Source of the DNA: a virus
Lineage: Duplodnaviria; Caudoviricetes
IMG/VR virus record: IMGVR_UViG_3300012352_000054
Span: 1 to 24,938 of that record
Reading direction: 5' to 3' (one strand)
DNA length: 24,938 nucleotides
Shown one piece after another: positions 1 to 8,900 of this stretch. Made by a program: the position numbers and the translations under genes. The notes under the pieces were generated by a model, which worked only from the letters and a program-made list of their open reading frames with translations, had not been told where the DNA came from and made no database searches. Position 1 is the first letter of the stretch, and every line of letters begins with the position of its first letter.

Positions 1-504
1 GCCCTACATCACGTCTACGAATGGCACCAGACAGGAAGTCCTGCAGCGAGACTATTCGACATATCTTACACAGTATCTGGAACAGGTCTATCAGTAAACT
101 CAACATTTAGACAATCAACAACCGTAAAGTCTGGATCAATAACACCGTTTTACGACAAGGCAAGAATCATGGAGAATGGGGTGCCAGTCACAATTGTGCC
201 TAAGAAGGCTAACGTACTATCATTTACTTCGGATAGCGGAGACCAGGTTTTTACTGCTGGTCCAATAAAGGTTGAAAACCCAGGAGGTTCTCAGGTAGTT
301 GGATCATACGAAAGAGTCTTTGATGAATTTTTTAATGTTTTGTTTAGGCAATCATTTCTTAGAGCATCGGGTATAATGGATTATCTAGAGAGTCCAACTA
401 TCTTTAAGAAGAACTTTAGGGCTGGCAAAACTGGTGGAAGAGCAAAGGGCTTGTCCACAGGATACCGCTGGATAGTAAACGCTGGCATCGGAGGAAACGC
501 ATAA
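1..504 (+). CDS. Partial (5'-truncated) virion neck/tail-completion-region hypothetical protein
   Basis: Frame 1 is open from base 1 (ALHHVYEWHQTGSPAARLFDISY...) into the tracked ORF 169..504, so the true start lies upstream of the window. Stop overlaps next ATG (TAATG). Function inferred only from position before the tail genes. Confidence 0.6.
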   Translation, partial: ALHHVYEWHQTGSPAARLFDISYTVSGTGLSVNSTFRQSTTVKSGSITPFYDKARIMENGVPVTIVPKKANVLSFTSDSGDQVFTAGPIKVENPGGSQVVGSYERVFDEFFNVLFRQSFLRASGIMDYLESPTIFKKNFRAGKTGGRAKGLSTGYRWIVNAGIGGNA

Positions 505-1070
505 TGGCAAAGACATACCCACCAATCTTTATAAACAACTACCTAAAAGAGAAGATAGGCTCATATTTTGCTGACGAGATAAACATCCCATTCTTCCCAA
601 CAACTCCAACAGACATAGATGCACTGACAGAAACTTTTCCAACAAGCCAGGGAACTTTTGCGGTATACGATAGAATGTTTAAGTATCGCAGAACCCCATT
701 CCCACACATTAAGTCAGAACAACTACTATACTACTTCTACAAGACACAGGGTGACTCAGAACTAATGATGGAGATCTCTCAGTTGGTATATGACCTACTA
801 GATAGAGGAGACGAATCTGCAGAAGATCTAAACGCATGGATTCAGTCAAAGGTTGTCAACGGAGTAGTCACCTTCGCTGGAGCAGACTTCGACCCAGTGT
901 ACTTCCACAACATGAAAATCTTCCAACTAGAGGAAACTAGGGATATCGTGGACTTTGGAACTGCCAGAACTTTTGCTGGTAACAAGATTATTATTGACTA
1001 CGACTACCATGCCAAGGGATACCCAAAGGGTTCAAATGGAAATGGTACGTACAATCAAACAATGCTATAA
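504..1070 (+). CDS. Putative tail terminator / tail completion protein
   Basis: 188-aa ORF immediately upstream of the major tail protein, coupled to the previous gene; size and position fit siphovirus tail terminators. No diagnostic motif recognised. Confidence 0.5.
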   Translation: MAKTYPPIFINNYLKEKIGSYFADEINIPFFPTTPTDIDALTETFPTSQGTFAVYDRMFKYRRTPFPHIKSEQLLYYFYKTQGDSELMMEISQLVYDLLDRGDESAEDLNAWIQSKVVNGVVTFAGADFDPVYFHNMKIFQLEETRDIVDFGTARTFAGNKIIIDYDYHAKGYPKGSNGNGTYNQTML

Positions 1071-1148
1071 CTAATTCATAAAAGGGCTGTATACTTATAA
1101 ATGAGGAAACACGCCCAAAACTCCATAAAAAGAATGAGGTGAAAAATT

Positions 1149-1793
1149 ATGGCATATACAAGAGGTTCTAACGCCAACATTATCGTTGGTGCTGCTGCTC
1201 TCTTCACATACGAAGATGGCAACCTAACAGACGACCTACTCCCTGCTTACGTTGCTGGTGACTCATACCGTGAGACACTTGCTGACGAGGAGGGCTTCCG
1301 CAACGTCGGATACACCATGAACGGATTGGAACTACAGTTCCAGCCTGATTTTGGTGAAGTTGCTGTTGACCAATTGCTTGACGTTGCAAAACTTTACAAG
1401 CAAGGAATGCAGGTCAACATGAACACGACCTTCGCAGAGTCTACACTAGAAAACCTACTCTTTGCACTTGCTGCAAAGGACACAGACCTAAACGCTGTGA
1501 CAGGTACTGGTATCGGTGCTGGTTCGTCTGCTCTTACCCTATCTGCTGGTGACATCGGTGAATGTCCAGTAGAGCGTGGTCTAGTTGCAGTTGGTCCAGG
1601 CACAGGTGACTGTGCTCCAGATCTACAGAAGGAACGTGTTTACGTTGCGTACCGTGCACTCTCTATCGAGAGCGTTACAGTTGGTGCAAAGCGTGACGAG
1701 GCTACAATGTTCGAAGTATCGTTCCGTTTGCTTCCAAACGACAACGCTGCTTACGGTAAGATCGTAGACCGCACTATCCCTGCTGCTTCTTAG
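1149..1793 (+). CDS. Major tail (tube) protein
   Basis: 214 aa, acidic, tail-tube-like motifs (IIVGAA, FRNVGYTxxGLEL, EVxVDQL, FEVSFRLL); SD GAGGTG upstream; followed by a strong terminator; canonical position before chaperones and tape measure. Confidence 0.85.
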   Translation: MAYTRGSNANIIVGAAALFTYEDGNLTDDLLPAYVAGDSYRETLADEEGFRNVGYTMNGLELQFQPDFGEVAVDQLLDVAKLYKQGMQVNMNTTFAESTLENLLFALAAKDTDLNAVTGTGIGAGSSALTLSAGDIGECPVERGLVAVGPGTGDCAPDLQKERVYVAYRALSIESVTVGAKRDEATMFEVSFRLLPNDNAAYGKIVDRTIPAAS

Positions 1794-1820
1794 TAGCAAC
1801 TTATAACTGAATATAGAGTT

Positions 1821-1859
1821 TTGCCCATCTCCTTTTGGAGGTGGGCAATTCTATTTTTT
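1821..1859 (+). terminator. Rho-independent terminator after major tail gene
   Basis: Stem TTGCCCATCTCC (1821-1832), loop TTTT, GGAGGTGGGCAA (1837-1848; one G-U pair), then TTCTATTTTTT. Confidence 0.9.
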
Positions 1860-1875
1860 GGTACAATAGACTATG
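1859..1875 (+). promoter_or_regulatory. Extended -10 promoter, probable leaderless start
   Basis: TGgTACAAT (1859-1867) + AGACT + ATG (1873); no SD and no recognisable -35. Confidence 0.7.
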
Positions 1876-2556
1876 GCTACTACAGTATATTCTACAAAAA
1901 ACATACCGCTAATGGATGGATCAGAACTTTACGTTACCCCACTCAAGATAAAGTACCTGAGACAGTTCATGATAGACTTCGACAAAGTCAAGTCAGCATA
2001 TACAGACGCAGATGCAATATACATGATTCTTTTGTGTGTCCTTAGCATGATGAAGCAGTTTAGACCAGAGATAACAACAGCAGAACAGTTAGAGGATCTG
2101 GTTGACCTGCCTACCATGTATGAGATCCTAGATGTTGCAGCAGGAATCAAAATGGCAAATAGCGAAAAGGATACTCCAGTAAACCAACAAGCAGAAAAGT
2201 CAGAGTCGTCATGGGACACTCTAGACCTAGCAAAACTGGAGTCTGAGGCATTTTTGCTGGGTATTTGGAAAGACTTTGAAGAACTTGAAACATCTCTATC
2301 TATGCCAGAACTAACTGCAGTCTTGTCTGCAAAGAGAGAAGAGTCATACGAAGACAAAAAGTTCTCTGCAGCCATCCAGGGTGTTGACATTGAAAAGAAC
2401 AAGAAAGACTCTAATGCATGGGAAGAAATGAAGGCTAGAGTATTCTCTGGTGGCAAGGCTCAAGATGGAAACGACATTCTTGCTTTCCAAGGAGCAAATG
2501 CTCAAAAGGCTGGTTTCGGAATCGGTCTAGGTCTTGCTTATGAAGATTTAGGTTAA
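1873..2556 (+). CDS. Tail assembly chaperone, long (G+T-like) form
   Basis: 227 aa between major tail and tape measure genes; aa 1-94 align with the downstream 106-aa protein, then a polar linker and a second helical domain (WDTLDLAKLESEAFLLGIWKDFEELETSLSMPEL...). Confidence 0.7.
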   Translation: MATTVYSTKNIPLMDGSELYVTPLKIKYLRQFMIDFDKVKSAYTDADAIYMILLCVLSMMKQFRPEITTAEQLEDLVDLPTMYEILDVAAGIKMANSEKDTPVNQQAEKSESSWDTLDLAKLESEAFLLGIWKDFEELETSLSMPELTAVLSAKREESYEDKKFSAAIQGVDIEKNKKDSNAWEEMKARVFSGGKAQDGNDILAFQGANAQKAGFGIGLGLAYEDLG

Positions 2557-2574
2557 ACTAAAAACACCTCAGTG

Positions 2575-2604
2575 TGTTATAATAATATAGACCAATCCAA
2601 GGAG
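2575..2604 (+). promoter_or_regulatory. Extended -10 promoter plus Shine-Dalgarno for short chaperone
   Basis: TGtTATAAT (2575-2583), then AAGGAGG (2599-2605) just before ATG 2611. Confidence 0.7.
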
Positions 2605-2610
2605 GCAATT

Positions 2611-2931
2611 ATGTCAACAACCGTTAACGAAGAGAGAACCATTACACTACTAGATGGATCAACAATCTCGGTACGACCACTAAAAATTTCTCTGCTTCGC
2701 TCATTCATGAGCAAGTTTGAGGCAATTGCAGACGTTGCAGATAACAACGACAAGTCAATGAACATTCTTATGGAATGTGTTGGCATTGCAATGCAGCAGT
2801 ACAAGCCAGAACTGGCAGGTGACGTTGCGAAACTAGAAGATCTTCTAGACCTTCCAACTGTGTACCAAATCGTCGAAGAGGCATCGGGTGTCAAACTTAC
2901 TGACAGCCCACTCCTTCAGACAATCAAATAA
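2611..2931 (+). CDS. Tail assembly chaperone, short (G-like) form
   Basis: 106 aa starting MSTTVNEE (start moved from 2572 to 2611 on SD evidence and alignment with MATTVYST); directly precedes the tape measure gene. Confidence 0.75.
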   Translation: MSTTVNEERTITLLDGSTISVRPLKISLLRSFMSKFEAIADVADNNDKSMNILMECVGIAMQQYKPELAGDVAKLEDLLDLPTVYQIVEEASGVKLTDSPLLQTIK

Positions 2932-2949
2932 ATAAAGAGGTGTTAATGG

Positions 2950-5900
2950 ATGGCTGAAGAAGTCCAATCTAATATACGGATTAATATTGATTCCGCTGCT
3001 GCTTTGGCGAATCTTAAGAATCTGCAAAGACAAATCTCAGCCTTCCATTCATCTATGGCAAAGGGCAGTGCAACTGCTGCTGCCCAGTCTGCTCAACTTC
3101 AACAGAGCCTAATAAATTCAATTAATGCTACAGGCAAATTCTCTGCCTCAATGAAAACTGTCAAAACCTCGACAGAATCATTTACGGAAGCACTCGAAAA
3201 AAACAAGATGTCCATGGGGCAGTACTTCAAGTACGCTGGGGCATCAACAAAGACTTTTGGAAAACTATTCTCCTCTGAATTCAATACAATTGAAAAGGTA
3301 GCGAGAGAGCGTGTAAAGACCCTACAGACCCAATACATCAAGATGGGTCGTGACGCTAACGGAGCCATGAAGGCTATCTCTGTCAGACCACTAGCCCTTG
3401 ACATGGATAACCTAGCAACAAAAACAGCCATTGCTGCACAGAAGCAGCAAATCCTGAACCAGTTGCTTAAGCAGGGTTCTACAAACCTTCTAAACTTTGG
3501 TAAGAATACCCAGTGGGCAGGTCGCCAGTTGATGGTTGGTTTTACCATCCCATTGACCATGCTTGGCTCAGTTGCTGCAAAGACATTCATGCAACTAGAA
3601 GAGCAGGCAATCAGATTCAAGCGTGTATACGGTGAAATCTTCACATCAACAGAAGAAACCGATGCAATGGTTGGTCAGATCCAGTTGCTCGCAAAAGAGT
3701 TTACCAAGTATGGTGTATCTGTAGAAAAGACCATGAAGTTGGCTGCAGATGCAGCAGCCTCTGGTAAGATGGGTGCAGACCTTCTTGCCCAGGTAAGCGA
3801 AGCAACTCGTCTTGCAGTTCTTGGTGGGGTAGAACAAGAGCAGGCACTAGAGACAACAATCTCACTAACAAATGCATTCGGAACTGCAGCAGAAGACCTA
3901 GCAGGCAAGATCAACTTCCTTAACGCAGTTGAAAACCAGACCGTAACATCTATCGAAGACCTAACCATTGCTATTCCAAAGGCTGGTCCAGTTGTTCAGC
4001 AACTTGGTGGAGACGTAGAAGACCTAGCGTTCTTCCTGACAGCAATGAAGGAAGGTGGAATCAACGCATCTGAAGGTGCTAACGCTTTGAAGTCTGGTCT
4101 TGCATCCATGATTAACCCAACAGCAAAGGCATCTGAATTCCTTATGGGGTTCGGTGTCAATCTAAAGGGCATTGTAGAAGCAAATAAGGGAAATGTTAAG
4201 GGAACCGTAGTAGAGTTTGCTAAAGCCCTAGACACCCTTGACCCACTAAACCGTGCACGTGCTATCGAACAGTTGTTTGGTAAGTTCCAGTTTGCACGTC
4301 TATCAACCCTATTTAAGAACGTTGTGCAGGAGGGAACTCAGGCATCTAGAGTTCTATCGCTAGCAAACGCAACTACAGAAGAACTTGCAATCCTATCTGA
4401 ACGAGAAATGAAGAGAATTGAAGATTCTCCGATGTATAAATTCAAGAAGGCAATTGAAGACATCAAGGTGTCTCTTGCTCCAGTTGGAGAAGCATTCCTA
4501 AAGGCTGTTACTCCAGTAATCGAGTTTGGCTCAAAGATTCTTGAAAAGTTTAATAACCTTGACGAGGGTGCTAGATCGTTCATCATTGGACTAACAGCAG
4601 TTGTGGCAGGTCTGGGTCCAGTTCTAATCATGACCTTCGGTCTTTTGGCTAACGGTGTTGCAAACATCATCAAGGGATTCACTGCTGTAAGAAATATTTT
4701 CCAAAAGACTGGTCAGAAGTCTGGAGAGTTGGGTTCTCAGACCGAGTACATGACTCAGCAACAACTAGAAGCAGCAGCCGTAGCAGCCTCGCTTGACCAG
4801 GTACACTCAAGACTTATTCAAACATTTACCTCAGAAGCATCAGCGGTGGGTCAACTAGCAGCCTCATACGAACAAGCATTGCTTGCACAATCTAGATTTA
4901 GTGGTGCAGGAGCAATCTCTAGAACAAGACCAGGAGGAACACCTAAGCAGTATAACTCTGGTGTTGTCATGGTTCCTGGAAAGGGAAACAAAGACACCGT
5001 TGCTGCAATGCTTACCCCAGGCGAAGCCATCATTCCAAAGGAGATGGCAAAGAAGTACGCCCCACTGATCCAAGGAATGGTAGCAGGAAACCTTCCAGGA
5101 TACAACGATGGTCTCCTTGGTGCTGCTATGTCAAAGAGCGGTTCTGCAAATACAGAAGGCTTCAAGGCATGGTTCAGCAGAGAACTGGATATGATTGCGA
5201 AAGCAGAAAAGTCAGTTCAAGAGTCTGTCACTAGAGAACTTACAGCATTCATCTCAGAAGCAAAGACTGTAACTGAGAGAAGCATCAAGGACTTCCTAAA
5301 CAAGGGAAACTCTACTGGTCAAAACCTAAGACCTCAATACTATGCAAAGTCAGCAGCAAACTCTGGACCACAGTTTGCCCACGTAAAGGATTCTCAAACT
5401 GTTGGGGCACAAGAGTTCCTAGATTCAAACCCTAACCTTCAAGAGGGTCACAGACAAAGACTTACTGCTCTAGCAAAGGCTATCCCAGGCATGACAGTTC
5501 AGGCTGGATCTGGTCTTGGATTTGCTCAAAGCCAGACCCTAAACAAGGGAATGTCTGGTGGCGGATCAGTTTCTAAGGCAGACTTCCTAGCAGACTTTGA
5601 CAAGAGGGGTATTCAGAAGTGGAGCCAGAGCGTCAACTATGCTGAACTTCAAATGTCAGAGGTTGCTGACGAACTAAAGATTTATGATGCAGAACTTTCT
5701 AGAAGAGTTCAAGCACTTAGCACCGACACAATCAACCAGAAGCAGTTTACTCAGATCGAAGCAGAAGTAAGAAGAGACTTGGCAGGCAAGTTCCCAACTG
5801 TAGCAAAAGCATTTGACGAACTTGCATCTGGAACATATGACCTAAGATACACAATCAGCAAGGCAGAAGCCAAGGCTGCAGGATTTACAATCAGCGATGA

Positions 5901-8900
5901 TGGAAAGTTTGCCACCACTCAAAATGGCGATCAGGTAAAGATCGGAAGATACCGTGACAACGAAAGAAATGGTAGAAAAGGCAGAAGGATTAGTGACTAT
6001 GGTCAAGATCCTGCAGATGTTAAAGAAGCAGGCAAGGCAGGAGAGAAGGCTGCTCAAGCATACGTTGACGGAGAACGCAAGGTAGCAGCAAAGGAAGAGA
6101 ACGACCTTGTAAACCTTTCTAGATCTAAGAAGCGTAACAGCCCTCACCCACAGGCTTCTATTGATGGTGCTGACGATGCTAAGGCGTATAACGCTGCACG
6201 TGCTGGGGTAGCAGGAAAGACTCCACAATCTGGAGCACAGCCAAAGACTAAGGCACAACTTGCACAAGAAAGCAGAACCAGACTATATGGATCTGGTCCA
6301 GTTGATGCACAACAAAAATCTTTGCGTAGACAGTCTGAGAAGTTGCTTCAAGAAGAAGAACGTCTACTAAAGCAAAAAGAAAGACTTATCAAGGCAAGCA
6401 AGAGAAACCTCTACCAGACTGAGGGTCAGGTTACTCAGGCTATGCGTTGGGAGCGTAAGGCACGTGAGGCTAAGGCTAAACTTCTAGCACAGCAACAGGC
6501 TCAGGCAGCACGTGAGGCTGCAATCCTTGCACAAGAAAGCAATGTTGTAAAGAAGCAGGGATTCCTGAACAAGATTCACGCTTCTGCAATTGCAGCAAAG
6601 GATAGACTGCTTAACAGAGAAAGAATTCAAAAACTTAAAGAAACTGCTACTTCAAGAGGTGGCGGTCTTGGCAAGGTAGGAATGGCTGCATCTTCTTTGG
6701 CAATGGTTGGCTCCATGATGCCTGGCAAGGTCGGAGAAACTTCTCAAAAACTTATGGGCTTTACATTTGCTCTATCAGCAGCATCATCAATAATAGAACT
6801 TGTGCCAGGTAAGTTCAAGGTTCTTGCTCTAGGAATCGCTGCAATTACCGCTGCAATTGTTTATGCAGTTACATCATTCAATAAGGCTCAGGATGAAGCC
6901 CTTGCTTTTGGTGAAGCAATGGGGTCAGGCACCAAGAACATTCAAGAACTTTCAAAGGCAGCAGGAAAGGTGTCTGCTGGCGAAGTTATGGACAGAAGAC
7001 GCAAAGATGCGTTTAAGGTCATGCCAATCCAAACAGGAAAGAAAACCTTTGGCGAGTCGTTCATGGAAATGGACGCAGGAAAGGGAATGCTTTCTAATGT
7101 AAAGAAGGCTATTTCTACTGGCGGTACAAAAGAAGCCATGGCATCAATGGCAGAACAACTACAGACAGCAGTTATTTCAGGTGCAATGTCAGTTGACCAA
7201 GCAAAATCAGTTGCAGCAAATGTAGCAGAAGCACTTGGAGATAGAAGTTTTGGTCTAAACGTTATTGCACAGATAACAGACTTGGTAGGACCTAACGGAG
7301 AGAAACTAGACAAGGATCCACTTGGCGTTTCAATGAAACTTGTTCAGCAGAACGTAGACCAGACATCTGCATCATCTGCAGGTCTGATAAAGTCTGGAGC
7401 AGTATCTCTAAAGGATGTTGGCTCAATTACGGCAGGTGTCCTAGGTGGTGCTGCTGCTGGTGCTGTAATTGGTAGAGTTGTTGGATCGGTTGCAGGAGGT
7501 GTCGCTGGTGCTGTAGGTCTTGGTGCTGCTGGAACTGTTGTTCCAGGTGCAGGAAACGTTGCAGGTGGTGCTGCAGGTGCAGCAGGTGGAGCAGCAGCAG
7601 GAGGAAGCATTGGACAAGTTGTTGGTGCAGTTTCTGGAGGTATTGCTGGTGGCATTGCATCCTACGCTGGAAGAGGTCAGAGAATTGCTGCTGCAACAGG
7701 TGCAGCCGTAGCATCGGATAAAATTGCTCTAGAACAAAACCAGCAAATCCTAGATTCTTTCGATCTACAGTACGAGAAGAAGATAAACGAACTCAGAGTA
7801 CAGGGCAAGATCAACGAAGCGGTTGCCCTTGAAAATAGATACTATGCAGAAAGAGAAAAACTTGTTGCTGGAATTTCTCAAACAAAGCAACAAATACTAG
7901 ACAGCCTTAGCGGTCTTGAGGGTGACGTTAAAAATGCCTACATGTCTGGACTAGACAAGGCAACCAAGAAGAAGTACAAGGGAACAATGTTCGAGGACAT
8001 GGTTCCTCTAGCCCAGCAAAGCATAGATGACTCAGGAATGTCGGATGAGCAGAAGGCACTTCTCAAGGTAGAACTGATGACTGGTGCCATCGACCCAATG
8101 CAGATGATTAAGTTCTTTGAGATGTTTAATGAGCCTGGAACACTCCAGAAGGGCATGGAACTTGTGGCAAGATTTGGCGGTAAGTTTGCGTCATCATCAA
8201 TGCAGATACTAAACTCTTTTGTAGACAAGAATGGTAAGCCAATCAAGTCTCTACAGACAAAGTACATTCAGCAGATTACTGCAAAGACAGACAAGGATGC
8301 AGCAGAATTCCAAGACTTCTTTAATAAAATTGCAGGATTCCAAAACATTGTAGATGTGGATGTTGTTGCATCATACCTACTAAAGAACCCTGCTGCCCAG
8401 CAAGCACTAGAAAATACCATTGAGCAGATTAACAAGAAGAATGGTAAACTCAGCCTAACTGCTGACGCAAAGATTATTGGTGCAGATGCCCTAGCAGTTC
8501 TTAACCAAGAGGCAGCATACTTTGACGGTCTAACAGAGCAAGAGCAAAAAACTCTTGTTGCAGCAATCAAGACACAGTTCTCAATTGAGGGAACCAAGGA
8601 AGCACAAGATGCGTTTAAGGCATGGCAGGCACAGGGCAACAAGGGCTCGTATGCAGATATGGCTATGTCCGAGGGCAAGAGGCTCATCAAGGACCAAAAG
8701 GATAGTTCTGTAGCACTAGACAGCGGTACTCCAGAAACGACTGGTGGTGGCGGTGGAGGTCCACAGGCATCATCCCTAGACGACCTTATCAAGAAGATTC
8801 GTGACGTTAGAAAAGCCTCTACAGAACTAACTGTCGGTTGGGGAGAGTCAATGACAGCCATCAACAAGTTGTTCGGTGGAAACAAGTCACTAACACTCTT

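Noticed and set aside
2572-2610. Tracked upstream starts at 2572, 18889 and 19358
   Set aside because: Extensions run through promoter DNA (CYNN/CYNK = TGnTATAAT) or overlap upstream genes; 2611, 18937 and 19391 are better supported.
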